From assembly GCF_964204645.1 (NCBI RefSeq), contig NC_134026.1:27748150-27812149 (forward strand): a stretch of DNA of 64,000 nucleotides, in the 5' to 3' direction. This document shows, one piece after another, positions 24,890 through 39,181 of the stretch. The stretch is from Tubulanus polymorphus (taxonomy: Eukaryota; Animalia; Nemertea). A model generated the notes under the pieces. The model was not told the DNA's origin. It saw nothing but the letters and a program-made list of their open reading frames with translations, and searched no databases. The position numbers and the translations under genes are program-made. Position 1 is the first letter of the stretch, and each line of letters begins with the position of its first letter.

Positions 24890-26170
24890 GAACTGAGGGT
24901 AAATTCATCATTGTTGAAATCACTCTCAGGATCATCATTAAAACAATGAATGAACTGAGGGTAAATTCATCATTGTTGAAATCACTCTCAGGATCATCAT
25001 TAAAACAATGAATGAACTAAGGGGAAATTCATCATTGTTGAAATTACTCTCAGGATCATCATTAAAACAATGAATGAACTGAGGGTAAATTCATCATTGT
25101 TGAAATCACTCTCAGGATCATCATTAAAACAATGAATGAACTGAGGGTAAATTCATCATTATTGAAATTACTCTCAGGATCATCATTAAAACAATGAATG
25201 AACTGAGGGTAAATTCATCATTGTTGAAATCACTCTCAGGATCATCATTAAAACAATGAATGAACTGAGGGTAAATTCATCATTGTTGAAATTACTCTCA
25301 GGATCATCATTAAAACAATGAATGAACTGAGGGTAAATTCATCATTGTTGAAATAAGTCTCAGGATCATCATTAAAACAATGAATGAACTGAGGGTAAAT
25401 TCATCATTGTTGAAATTACTCTCAGGATCATCATTAAAACAATGAATGAACTGAGGGTAAATTCATCATTGTTGAAATTACTCTCAGGATCATCATCAAA
25501 ACAATGAATGAACTGAGGGTAAATTCATCATTGTTGAAATCACTCTCAGGATCATCATTAAAACAATGAATATACTGAGGGTAAATTCATCATTGTTGAA
25601 ATTACTCTCAGGATCATCATTAAAACAATGAATGAACTGAGGGTAAATTCATCATTGTTGAAATAAGTCTCAGGATCATCATTAAAACAATGAATGAACT
25701 GAGGGTAAATTCATCATTGTTGAAATTACTCTCAGGATCATCATTAAAACAATGAATGAACTGAGGGTAAATTCATCATTGTTGAAATCACTCTCAGGAT
25801 CATCATTAAAACAATGAATGAACTGAGGGTAAATTCATCATTGTTAAAATTACTCTCAGGATCATCATTAAAACAATGAATGAACTGAGGGTAAATTCAT
25901 CATTGTTGAAATAAGTCTCAGGATCATCATTAAAACAATGAATGAACTGAAGGTAAATTCATCATTGTTGAAATCACTCTCAGGATCATCATTAAAACAA
26001 TGAATGAACTGAGGGTAAATTCATCATTGTTGAAATCGCTCTCAGGATCATCATCAAAACAATGGATGAACTGAGGGTAAATTCATCATTGTTGAAATCA
26101 CTCTCAGGATCATCATTAAAACAATGAATGAACTGAGGGTAAATTCATCATTGTTGAAATTACTCTCAGT
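24890..26170. repeat. Homogeneous 62-bp tandem satellite, ~20.5 copies
   Basis: Unit GAACTGAGGGTAAATTCATCATTGTTGAAATCACTCTCAGGATCATCATTAAAACAATGAAT; period 62 (24891, 24953, 25015...). Very few variants (ATCACT/ATTACT/ATAAGT). Confidence 0.97.
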
Positions 26171-27091
26171 TCATTGAGGATATTTTAGCGTTAACACCAG
26201 TTTTAATTACCCCACTGTTTTCTTGTTATTGAAAGTAACATCACTAGTTATAAAATATAGATGATTAGGTTTTTTATTGTTCGATGAACTTGCAGTTAAT
26301 TAGATTGATTAATAATACAATACTCTCAGGTCATTGAAACATAATCTTTAATGTTATCTTAATTTTAGGGATCTAGGGTTTTACGCTGAAATAGATTATA
26401 AATGAATGAAACAATGGAATTTTAAATCAGTATTTTTTCGTTACTGTTAGAGAACTTTTATTTAGTTTTTAGGCTTTTCACTTTTTGGTGTCTCTAGATT
26501 CTAGTTATTTTCTAAAATATTGTTGAAATTTTGTTGTGTTTTTTTTAATCGATTTTAAGCTTAAGTCCTAGCAGGCTAGTGTATTCGCTTTTTATCCGTT
26601 GTTCGACTGGCAGAATAGAATCAAGATGGCGGACTGGTAGCCATTCTTGTTCGGCACTTTTACACAGTTTTTAAGGGAGGTTTCAAAGATTTCTCCAACA
26701 TTTGATGTTTGATACCGATATTTATCCCCCATCATTATTAGAAATATTGGGTTGCTTTAACTTACAGTCATGATGTTTGATAATTGTTAGCATTGTCATA
26801 GGACACCATTTACATGGAATCAGTCTTACCCCATTTTCTATTCTTCCCATCAGGGGTATTGAATTCATACAATTTTTCCATTAGTTTTGGTATTTATGCA
26901 TATAACCGTAATCAATTGCATATTTGTAGCATTGGTTTTTGTTATTTTTACCGGGGGGCATTAAATATCTTAATTGTCAGATTGTCAAGCATTTCACCGA
27001 GTGGGCATGGTGTCCCTGCACCTCTAGTTTATATCTTTTTTCACTGTTTTCAAGGTTCTCGTACACATTTCATATTTACATGCAGCTTTTT

Positions 27092-27478
27092 CATTCAATA
27101 TATATCAATGCCATCCTCGCTTGCCAGGTTTTAATTGTCGTCTGCCGAAGCTCATGCCAAGACAAACCCCGGTCGCAAACTCTTCATTGGTCTATTACGT
27201 TGTTCAAGATTGCTTGGGTAGTCAGGTTGCCACTGAGAGGCCACCAGTCTATATATCTAGCCAATCAGATACGTTGTTTTTCGCCGGCAGATTTGCTACA
27301 CATCTGATTGACTAGATGTAAAGACTAGTGGCCGCTTAGCATCAACCCGTCAACCGAAGATATCTTGGACAACGTAAAATACCAATTAAGGGTTTGCCAC
27401 CAGGGTTTGTTTAAGTGTGAAATTCGGTGGGCGACAATAAAACCCTGGTGATTGAGGATGTATCGATATACATATGAA
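27092..27478. repeat. Old diverged palindrome (decayed foldback element)
   Basis: Left and right arms (~180 bp) are inverted homologues: plus-strand KPRSQTLHWSITLFKI...LRGH mirrors minus-strand KPWWQTLNWYFTLSKI...LSGH. Inner pair ATCTAGCCAATCAGAT / ATCTGATTGACTAGAT. Confidence 0.65.
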
Positions 27479-28357
27479 CACACAAGAAGCCAAACATTAT
27501 AGGCGGCATTATTATTGGGAGGTGCACCTGGCCTAATATATCGCGCGGTAAAAACCACTCTTTCTGTGGTTGTGTAGTACCAGTAATTGATGATCATCGA
27601 GTGAGTGATTGGCCTGGCCCAGTTATTCCATTCTGAAATCACTTGGGTTCCGATTATGATTGACAAATAATATAAAATATTTCATCAAATTGATCGACAC
27701 ATTTTATCCGTACTTGTACATGTTGTAAATTTATAAATAGCTTTTTATTTGTATATATTATATTTCTTTTTAGATTTTTTTTTATTGATTTTGATTTCTA
27801 CTTGTAAATATTTTTAGATATCTTTAACTTAAGATTTTAATGATTATTTAAACATTTCAAATATAATCTTAAATTTTTAATTTTCTAAACTTCATAATAT
27901 CTATACATCAAATCTATTTTAGTGCAAATTTTGATAAAGATTTAATTGATAATTAATATTTTTAATTCTATTGAATAATTTTAATATTCAAAACAACAGA
28001 ATGAATGCATTCGATCTTAGTTTGATACTGATATCACTTGTTGCATCTATTGTTTTAACGAGATTTTAACCTATAAGTTTGGAGCATTGATATTATTTCA
28101 TTGCATTAGTCCCGCCTCCTCATTTATGGCTGATGGTTGATTTCAGATTTTCAGCTTCTGATAACATTAATAATAATTCAATGCTATGTTATGTTTTGTT
28201 GTTTTATTTCTTACGAACGTTTTCAAAGATGACTTTTTGTCGAATTGATATTTGGTAGTGTAGAGGTTGAGATAATTATACAATTTTATAGAATTGTCTA
28301 AAATACTGTACCTAGTAACATATAAGTAGTATTGCTAGTGTACCTCTATTTTCAAGT

Positions 28358-28565
28358 TGTCCTGTTGTACGACGTTAAACTGCCTCATTTCAACAATACG
28401 TTTTATCCATACATTTTATCAGTGATTTTTATCTGTTTGTCCTGTGGTATGACGTTAAACTGCCTCTTTTTACAAAATGTTTTATCCATACATTTTATCA
28501 GTGATTTTTATCTATTTGTCCTGTGGTATGACGTTAAACTGCCTCTTTTTAACCATTTTTATCCA
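28358..28565. repeat. ~80-bp tandem repeat, 3 copies
   Basis: TGTCCTGTGGTATGACGTTAAACTGCCTCTTTT...TTTTATCCATACATTTTATCAGTGATTTTTATCT repeated. Confidence 0.8.
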
Positions 28566-28619
28566 TATGTTTTATTGTTTTTACCCATATGTTTTATCGT
28601 TTTTATCACCCCTTCTTTT

Positions 28620-28911
28620 TCTACCTTTCTCTATCCTTTCCCTCTCTGTCTCTATCCTTTCCCTCTCTGTCTCTATCCTATCCCTCTCTGTCTCTATCCT
28701 ATCCCTTTCTGTATCTATCCTTTCCCTCTCTCTCTAACCCACTAACTCTCTCTTCCTCTTTCTCTAACCCACTAACTCTCTCCCTCTTTCTCTAACCTAC
28801 TAACTCTCTCTTCCTCTTTCTTTAACCCACTAACTCTCTCCTCTCTCTCCTTTCTTCCTCTCACCCCTCTCCTTCATCCTTCCTCCTCTCTCCCTCCTCT
28901 CTCTCTCCTCA

Positions 28912-28953
<42 letters not shown>

Positions 28954-29145
28954 GCTCTCTTTCTCTCTATCTTGTAAATATTGTAAATTTGTAAATAGTA
29001 GTTTTTATTTCTCTTGTAAATATTGTAAATTTGTAAATAGTCGTTTTTATTTCTCTTGTAAATATTGTAAATTTGTAAATAGTCGTTTTTATTTCTCTTT
29101 TTAATTTTCTTGTAGATATTGTAAATTTGTAGATAGTAGTTTGTT
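28620..29145. repeat. CT-rich micro/minisatellite followed by a 42-bp AT-rich tandem repeat
   Basis: (CT)n, CTCTATCCTTTCCCTCTCTGT and CTAACCCACTAACTCTCT units, then CTTGTAAATATTGTAAATTTGTAAATAGTCGTTTTTATTTCT x4. Confidence 0.9.
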
Positions 29146-29559
29146 TTTCCTTTTTTCATAATTTTCATCGGATCTCACTTTATTCAATACAACAGAATGA
29201 ATGCATTCAATCTTGGTTTCAAACTATTACTTTTCACTTTTCACATACATTCGTAGCATTGATACCATTACGTTAGATTAGTCCCTCCTCCTTTTGAATT
29301 AATATTTGAAAGAAGATTCTAGTTAAACATATAGTAGGCTAATAAGCGTATTACATCGAAGACATTTTGTCACAGGCTGAAGAGTATTTTATATCATATG
29401 TCAAGAAATAAGGATTGGAGTGACGTTGCTTCCTGTGATCTCTGATCTGTTAGCTTGCAAGTGTATTTAACCATCACTTGTTTGTAAATGATTGAGTGTA
29501 CTTTACCATTACTGGTTTGCAATATGCTTTAGCATCATTGGTTGCAGTTATGAAAAATC

Positions 29560-30330
29560 ATCTCATTGTTTGTGCATACCTCCCCCTCACTGGTTGCAGT
29601 TCACTCCATTGGTTGCAGCTATGAACAATCATCTCAATGATTGAGCTAAATTCCCCTCACTGGTTTGAAATATAATTTCCCCTCACTGGTTGCAGTTCTC
29701 TCCATTGGTTGCAGCTATGAACAATCATCTCATTGATTGTGCATACTTTCCCCTCACTGGTTGCAGTTCACTCCATTGGTAACAACTGTGAACAATCATC
29801 TCATTGATTGTGCATACTTTCCTCTCACTGGTTGCAATTCACTTGACTGGTTGCAGCTATGAACAATCATCTCAATGATTGAGCATACTTCCCCTCACTT
29901 GTTGCAGTTCACTTGAATGGTTGCAGCTATGAACAATCATCTCATTGATTGAGCAAACTTTCCCCTCACTGGTTGCAGTTCACTCCATTGGTTGCAACTA
30001 TGAACAATCATCTCATTGATTGTGCATACTTTCCTCTCACTGGTTGCAGTTCACTTGACTGGTTGCAGCTATGAACAATCATCTCAATGATTGAGCATAC
30101 TTCCCCTCACTTGTTGCAGTTCACTCCATTGGTTGCAGCTATGAACAATCATCTCATCGATTGTGCATACTTCTCCCTCACTGGTTGCAGTTCACTTGAT
30201 TGGTTGCTGCTATGAACAATCATCTCATCGATTGTGCATACTTCCCCTCACTGGTTGCAGTTCACTCCATTGGTTGCAGCTATGAACAATCATCTCATCG
30301 ATTGTGCATACTTCTCCTCACTGGTTTGCA
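29560..30330. repeat. 70-71-bp tandem satellite, ~10 copies
   Basis: Unit CCCCTCACTGGTTGCAGTTCACTCCATTGGTTGCAGCTATGAACAATCATCTCATTGATTGTGCATACTT; period 70-71 (29753, 29824, 29894, 29965). Confidence 0.93.
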
Positions 30331-31394
30331 GTTTTCAGCTTTGGTTTGATGTTGATAAATGCTGGTTTTATCATTGGCTCTACGCGAACAGTTATCAAAA
30401 TGTATGAAGCCTTTGCCAGACGTTTTGTGGGTTCGATCTCTCTAAGAAAAAGCAAAAAGAGATAAGGGTTTCAATTTGGAATACAGTTTGTCTCCTCCAG
30501 CAACAAACGTCCATGGTCTAGAATAAACTGATTTGCATTTGTAAAAAAGCTTTGATAGGTGTATCGCTACATTTCCTACTAGACTCCTCTCTCTCATCAC
30601 GAAATATGAATTACTGCTAAATCAATTAATGGTAATGAAAGTAAAGTGTTACAAAACACTGCAAGTGGGTGTCTTGAAACAATGATACATGTAATGAAAC
30701 ATTGAAAGATGTACTGATCTTGTGGTTTGTTCTACCTCCTTCCTCTGCTACGAGGTGATATATCGTGCCATTTTTATATACAATATCAAAATTATAGACA
30801 ATTAAAATCTTGTGGTGGCATGGCTTCTCCTTTTGTTCTCTATAACCCCCGGTAATGGCCTTACTATGACATCAAACGAGTATCAAATACAGAAGATACT
30901 CCATTCTTCTCCTTAAAAATGGCAAATACTGCTGTTTCCTACTACGGCAAATACTGTTGTTTGCTACTGCATGTTGCTCATTCCACTCTGTTCTAGGGGT
31001 GATATTGAGTTTTGGAGTCTCTTCTCCTTCCCTTGCCTTCTTGAATTGTCAAATAGATGCGATTTACAATACTGATTACTTCCTTATTTGAAAACTTCAT
31101 GTTGCTGATGCTTGCTATCATTCAACTCTTGTTTTGGTTGTGATATTGAGTTTTAAACGTTGTGTTAGGTGTACATGCCTCCTCTCCTCTCTCTCCTCTC
31201 TCATCAACAATTAAATAAGACACTCCTTGTATATATACATTTAGTTTTTTGCTGTGGTTTCCTGAATAGAAAAGTTTGAAATTGCTCATTGATTGCAGCG
31301 CATTTCAAACTATGGATCAATTACTGCTAAATCAATTGATGGTGATGAAAGTTAAGTGTTACAAAACACTGTGGGTAAATTACTGCTAAATCAT

Positions 31395-34300
31395 AACTGA
31401 TGACCACCTTTAATACTGCTGCTTGGTGCTGGGTGTTAATTGATACACTCTGTTTTGGAGTGATAATGAGTTCAGGAGTCTCCTCCTTCCTTCTTCAACT
31501 GTCATGTAGAAACGTGACAAACAAACTGAATTGTCAGTGTGTTACAACACTGATGGCCTCCTTTAATACTGCTGCTTGCTGCTGGGTGTTAATTCTTACC
31601 TTCTTCCCTGAACTTCTTGAATTATTACATTAAACATTATTACAATAAGAATTATTACATTAAACATTATAACATCATGAATCATCCTCCTTAAATACTG
31701 CTGCTTGCTGCTGGGTGTTAATTCTTACCTCCTTCCCTGAACGTCTTGAATTATTACATTAAATATAATTACAATAAAAAATTTTACATTAAACATTAAA
31801 ACATCATGAATCATCCTTAAATACTGCTGCTTGCTGCTGGCTCTGTTTTTGGGTGATATTGAGTTCAGGAGTTTCCTCCTTCCTTCTTCAACTGTCATGG
31901 AGAAACGTGACAAACAAACTGAATTGTCAGTGTGTTACAAGACTGATGACCTCCCTAAATACTGCTGCTTGGTGCTGGGTGTTCATTGATACACTCTGTT
32001 TTGGGGTGATATTGAGTGCAGGAGTCTCCTCCTTCCTTCTTCAATTGTCATGTAGAAACGTGACAAACAAACTGAATTGTCAGTGTGTTACAACACTGAT
32101 GACCTCCTTAAATACTGGTGTTTGCTGCTGCGTGTTAATTAATACACTCTGTTTTGGGGTGATATTGAGTTCAGGAGTCTCCTCCTTCCATCTTCAATTG
32201 TCATGTAGAAACGTGACAAACAAACTGAATTGTCAGTGTGTTACAACACTGATGACCTCCTTAAATACGGCTGCTTGCTGTTGCGTGTTAATTAATACAC
32301 TCTGTTATGGGGTGATATTGAGTTTTGGCGAGTTTTGCTCCCTGATCATCCTTATTGCGACTTAACGTTTTAAATGTATAAATATTCAAAACAGCTATCC
32401 ATCGATAGCTTTGTGGTGGTTGAATCTTTGAAATGTCGCTGGTGTTGGTACATTGTATATATTGTAATATATGTCGGGTGAAATGGGATTGATCATGTTT
32501 CCTGATCGTCCTTATTGCGACTTGACGTTTTAAATGTATAAATATTTAAAACAGCTATCCATCGGTAGCTTTGTGGTGGTTGAATCATTAAAATAATGCT
32601 GGTGTTGGTTCTGTGTATATATATTGTAATATATGTCGGTGAAATGGGATTGATCATGTTTCCTGATCGTCCTTATTGCGACTTTACGTTTTAAATGTAT
32701 AAATATTCAAAACAGCTATCCATCGATAGCTTTGTGGTGGTTGAATCTTTGAAATGTCGCTGGTGTTGGTACATTGTATAGATTGTAATATATGTCGGTG
32801 AAATGGGATTGATCATGTTTCGTGATCATACTTATTGCGACTTAACGTTTTAAATGTATAAATATTCAAAGCAGCTATCCATCGATAGCTTTGTGGTGGT
32901 TGAATCATTGAAATGTCACTGGTGTTGGTACATTGTATATATCGTAATATATTTCAGTGAATTGGGATTGATTATGTTTCCTGGTCATCCTTATTGCGAC
33001 TTTACATTTTAAATATATGAATATTCAAAACAGCTATCCATCGATAGCTTTTGTGGTGGTTGAATCATTGAAATGTTACTGGTGTTGGTACATTGTATAT
33101 ATTGTAATATATGTTGGTGAAATGGGATTGATCATGTTTCCTGATCATCCTTATTGCGACTTTACGTTTTAAATGTATAAATATTCAAAACAGCTATCCA
33201 TCGATAGCTTTGTGGTGGTTGAATCATTGAAATGTCGCTGGTGTTGGTACATTGTATATATTGTAATATATGTCGGTGAAATGGGATTGATCATGTTTCC
33301 TGATCGTCCTCATTATGACTTAACGTTTTAAATGTATAAATATTCAAAACAGCTATCCATCGATAGCTTTGTGGTGGTTCAATCATTGAAATAATGCTGG
33401 TGTTGGTTCTCTGTGTATACTGTATCAGCAAATATTATCACATTACGCATTTTAAAAGTGTTATACTCAAAGATGCTATTGTTTGATTGCTTCACTTTGG
33501 TTCCTTGCACCTGAAGGTTGTTAACTGTCATATAGAAACGTGACAAACAAACTGATTTGTCAGTGTGTTACAAGACTGATGACCTCCTTTAATACTGCTT
33601 CTTGCTGCTGCGTGTTAATTAATACACTCTGTTTTGGGGTGAAATTGAGTTCAAGAGTCTCCTCTTTCCTTTTTCAACTGTCATGTAGAAACGTGACAAA
33701 CGAACTGAATTGTCAGTGCGTTACAACACTGATGGCCTTCTTTAATATTGCTGCTTGCTGCTGGCTCCGTTTTGGGGTGATATTGATTGCAGGAGTCTTC
33801 TCCTTCCTTCTTCAACTGTCATGTAGAAACGTGACAAACGAACTGAATTGTCAGTGCGTTACAACACTGATGGCCTCCTTTAATACTGCTGCTTGCTGGT
33901 GGTGTTAATTCTTACCACCTTCCATGAACTTCTTGAATTATTACATTAAACATTATTACAATAAGAATTATTACATTAAACATTATAACATCATGAATCA
34001 TCCTCCTTAAATACTGCTGCTTGCTGCTGGCTCTGTTTTGGGGTGATATTGATCGCAGGAGTCTTCTCCTTCCTTCTTCAACTGTCATGTAGAAACGTGA
34101 CAAACGAACTGAATTGTCAGTGCATTACAACACTGATGACCTCCTTTAATACTGCTGCGTGCTGCTGGCTCTGTTTTGGGGTGATATTGATCGCAGGAGT
34201 CTTCTCCTTCCTTCTTCAACTGTCATGTAGAAACATGACAAACGAACTGAATTGTCAGTGCGTTACAACACTGATGACCTCCCTTAATACTGCTGCTTGG

Positions 34301-37300
34301 TGCTGGGTGTTAATTAATACACTTTGTTTTGGGGTGATATTGAGTTCAGGAGTCTCCTCCTTCCTTCTTCAACTGTCATGTAGAAACGTGACTAACAAAC
34401 TGAATTGTCAGTGTGTTACAGCACTGATGACCTCCCTTAATACTGCTGCTTGCTGCAGCGTGTTAATAAATACACTCTGTTCAGGGGTGATATTGAGTGC
34501 AGGAGTCTCCTCCTTCCTTCTTCAACTGTCATGTAGAAACGTGACAAACAAACTGAATTTTCAGTGTGGTACAACACTGATGACCTCCTTAAATACTGCT
34601 GCTTGCTGTTGCGTGTTAATTACTACACTCTGTTATGGGGTGATATTGAGTTTTGGCGAGTTTTGCTCCCTGATCATCTTTATTGCGACTTTACGTTTTA
34701 AATGTATAAATATTCAAAGCAGCTATCCATCGATAGCTTTTGTGGTGGTTGAATCATTGAAATGTTACTGGTGTTGGTACATTGTATATATTGTAATATA
34801 TGTTGGTGAAATGGGATTGATCATGTTTCCTGATCATCCTTATTGCGACTTTACGTTTTAAATGTATAAATATTCAAAACAGCTATCCATCGATAGCTTT
34901 GTGGTGGTTGAATCATTGAAATGTTACTGGTGTTGGTACATTGTATATATTGTAATATATGTCAGTGAAATGGAATTGATCATGTTTCCTGATCATCCTT
35001 ATTGCGACTTTACGTTTTAAGTGTATAAATATTCAAAACAGCTATCCATCGGTAGCTTTGTGGTGGTTGAATCATTGAAATAATGCTGGTGTTGGTTCTG
35101 TGTATATATATTGTAATATATGTCGGTGAAATGGGATTGATCATGTTTCCTGATCGTCCTTATTGCGACTTTACGTTTTAAATGTAAATATATTCAAAGC
35201 AGCTATCCATCGATAGCTTTGTGGTGGTTCAATCATTGAAACGTCACTGGTGATGGTACATTGTATATATTGTAATATATGTCGGTGAAATGGGATTAAT
35301 CATGTTTTGTGATCATCCTTATTGCGACTTAAAGTTTTAAATGTATAAATATTCAAAACAGCTATCCATCGGTAGCTTTGTGGTGGTTGAATCATTGAAA
35401 CGTCACTGGTGATGGTACATTGTATATATTGTAATATATGTCGGTGAAATGGGATTGATCATGTTTTGTGAGTTTTAAATGTATAAATATTCAAAACAGC
35501 TATCCATCGATAGCTTTGTGGTGGTTGAATCATTGAAATGTCGCTGGTGTTGGTACATTGTATATATTGTAATATATGTCGGTGAATTGGGATTGATCAT
35601 GTTTCCTGATCGTCCTCATTATGACTTAACGTTTTAAATGTATAAATATTCAAAACAGCTATCCATCGGTAGCTTTGTGGTGGTTGAATCATTGAAACGT
35701 CACTGGTGATGGTACATTGTATATATTGTAATAAATGTCGGTGAAATGGGATTGATCATGTTTTGTGATCATCCTTATTGCGACTTAGCGTTTTAAATGT
35801 ATAAATATTCAAAACAGCTATCGATCGATAGCTTTGTGGTGGTTGAATCTTTGAAATGTCGCTGGTGTTGGTACATTGTATAGGTTGTAATATATGTCGG
35901 TGAAATGGGATTGATCATGTTTCGTGATCATACTTATTGCGACTTAACGTTTTAAATGTATAAATATTCAAAACAGCTATGCATCGATAGCTTTGTGGTG
36001 GTTGAATCATTGAAATGTCACTGGTGTTGGTACATTGTATATATCGTAATATATGTCAGTGAATTGGGATTGATTATGTTTCCTGGTCATCCTTATTGCG
36101 ACTTTACATTTTAAATATATGAATATTCAAAACAGCTTTCCATCGATAGCTTTGTGGTGGTTGAATCATTGAGATGTCGCTGGTGTTGGTACATTGTATA
36201 TATTGTAATATATGTCGGTGAAATGGGATTGATCATGTTTCCTGATCGTCCTCATTATGACTTAACGTTTTAAATGTATAAATATTCAAAACAGCTATCC
36301 ATCGATAGCTTTGTGGTGGTTCAATCATTGAAATAATGCTGGTGTTGGTTCTCTGTGTATACTGTATCAGCAAATATTATCACATTACGCATTTTAAAAG
36401 TGTTATACTCAAAGATGCAATTGTTTGATTGCTTCACTTTGGTTCCTTGCACCTGAAGGTTGTTAACTGTCATATAGAAACGTGACAAACAAACTGATTT
36501 GTCAGTGTGTTACAAGACTGATGACCTCCTTTAATACTGCTTCTTGCTGCTGGGTGTTAATTAATACACTCTGTTTTGGGGTGATATTGAGATCAAGATC
36601 TCCTCTTTCCTTCTTCAACTGTCATGTAGAAACGTGACAAACGAACTGAATTGTCAGTGCGTTACAACACTGATGGCCTCCTTTAATACTGCTGCTTGCT
36701 GCTGGGTGTTAATTGATACACTCTGTTTTGGGGTGATATTGAGTTCAAGAGTCTTCTCCTTCCTTCTTCAACTGTCATGTAGAAACGTGACAAACGAACT
36801 GAATTGTCAGTGCGTTACAACACTGATGGCCTCCTTTAATACTGCTGCTTGCTGATGGTGTTAATTCTTACCACCTTCCATGAACTTCTTGAATTATTAC
36901 ATTAAACATTATTACAATAAGAATTATTACATTAAACATTATAACATCATGAATCATCCTCCTTAAATACTGCTGCTTGCTGCTGGCTCTGTTTTGGGGT
37001 GATATTGATCGCAGGAGTCTTCTCCTTCCTTCTTCAACTGTCATGTAGAAACGTGACAAACGAACTGAATTGTCAGTGCGTTACAACACTGATGACCTCC
37101 TTTAATACTGCTGCGTGCTGCTGGCTCTGTTTTGGGGTGATATTGATCGCAGGAGTCTTCTCCTTCCTTCTTCAACTGTCATGTAGAAACGTGACAACGA
37201 ACTGAATTGTCAGTGTGTTACCACACTGATGACCTCCTTTAATACTGCTGCTTGCTGCTGGGTGTAAATTCTTACCACCTTCCATGAACTTCTTGAATTA

Positions 37301-38690
37301 TTACATTAAACATTATTACAATAAGAATTATTACATTAAACATTATAACATCATGAATCATCCTCCTTAAATACTGCTGCTTGCTGCTGGCTCTGTTTTG
37401 GGGTGATATTGATTTCAGGAGTCTCCTCCTTCCTTCTTCAACTGTCATGTAGAAACATGACAAACGAACTGAATTGTCAGTGCGTTACAACACTGATGAC
37501 CTCCTTTAATACTGCTGCTTGGTGCTGGGTGTTAATTAATAGACTCTGTTTTGGGGTGATATTGAGTTCAGGAGTCTCCTCCTTCCTTCTTCAACTGTCA
37601 TGTAGAAACGTGACAAACAAACTGAATTTTCAGTGTGGTACAACACTGATGACCTCCTTAAATACTGCTGCTTGCTGTTGCGTGTTAATTAATACACTGT
37701 TTTGGGGTGATATTTAGTTTTGGCGAGTTTTGCTCCCTGATCATCTTTATTGCGACTTGACGTTTTAAATGTATAAATATTCAAAGCAGCTATCCATTGA
37801 TAGCTTTGTGGTGGTTGAATCATTGAAATGTTACTGGTGTTGGTACATTGTATATATTGTAATATATGTCGGTGAAATGGGATTGATCATGTTTCCTGAT
37901 CGTCCTTATTGCGACTTTACGTTTTAAATGTATAAATATTCAAAACAGCTATCCATCGGTAGCTTTGTTGTGGTTGAATCATTGAAATAATGCTGGTGTT
38001 GGTTCTGTGTATATATATTGTAATATATGTCGGTGAAATGGGATTGATCATGTTTCCTGATCGTCCTTATTGCGACTTTACGTTTTAAATGTATAAATAT
38101 TCAAAACAGCTATCCATCGGTAGCTTTGTGGTGGTTGAATCATTGAAATAATGCTGGTGTTGGTTCTGTGTATATATATTGTAATATATGTCGGTGAAAT
38201 GGGATTGATCATGTTTCCTGATCGTCCTTATTGCGACTTTACGTTTTAAATGTATAAATATTAAAAGCAGCTATCCATCGGTAGCTTTGTGGTGGTTCAA
38301 TCATTGAAACGTCACTGGTGATGGTACATTGTATATATTGTAATATATGTCGGTGAAATGGGATTGATCATGTTTCCTGATCGTCCTTATTGCGACTTTA
38401 CGTTTTAAATGTATAAATATTCAAAACAGCTATATATCGATAGCTTTGTGGTGGTTGAATCTTTGAAATGTCGCTGGTGTTGGTACATTGTATATATTGT
38501 GATAAATGTCGGTGAATTGGGATTGATTATGTTTCCTGATCGTCCTTATTGCGACTTTACGTTTTAAATATATAAATATTTAATGCCGATAGCTTTATGG
38601 TGGTTGAATCATTGAAATGTCGATGGTGTTGGTTCTGTGTATATATTGTAATATATGCCGGTGAATTGGGATTGATTATGTTTCCTATAG
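31395..38690. repeat. Compound higher-order satellite: alternating blocks of unit A (153/135 bp plus an AT-rich insert) and unit B (~159 bp)
   Basis: A blocks ~31395-32340, 33520-34670, 36460-37735; B blocks ~32340-33420, 34670-36360, 37735-38690; near-identical ~100-bp linkers at ~33420 and ~36361. A period 153 (31861 to 32014); B period 159-161. Confidence 0.95.
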
Positions 38691-39181
38691 ATGCTGGCAA
38701 ATTGTGACTTCAGGCCAGGCTGATATTGAGTCTTGGAGTGTTCTCCTTCCCTTACCTTCTTCAAATGTCAAGACGACATTCGATATTGACTGAATTGTCA
38801 GCGACTTACAACATCGATTGCTGCTTTATTCAAATACTGCTCCTTGCTGCTGCGTGTTAACTATTACACTGTGTCTTAGGGGTGATAATGAGAATTGTAT
38901 TTCTGTCCCGTGCCTTCTTCCATTATTACATTAAAACATTATTACATCATGAATTATAACATTATTACATTATCAAAATACACATTATGAACATCTAAAA
39001 AACTCGCAAGTTCCTTCTCCATGTTTACTCATTGCACTCTGTTTAGGGGTGATATTGAATGAGTTGATGTAGTTCTTTTGCTGTGGTTTCCAGAATAGGA
39101 TTGATTGAAATTTCTCGTTTAATGTTCAAAAACCCTGAAAGTGGGAAAATAACTGTTGAATCAATATTTTCTCTTACCTCC

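Noticed and set aside
24890-26170. 62-bp array as a repeat-spacer system
   Set aside because: The whole unit is repeated with only point variants; there are no unique spacers.
28332-29168. ORFs in the CT-rich region
   Set aside because: They are translations of micro- and minisatellites.
31400-37717. Cys-rich ORFs (up to 272 aa) in the compound satellite as genes
   Set aside because: They arise because unit A is a multiple of 3 with one stop-free frame. Most start at non-ATG codons, lack gene signals, and are broken by indels in other copies.
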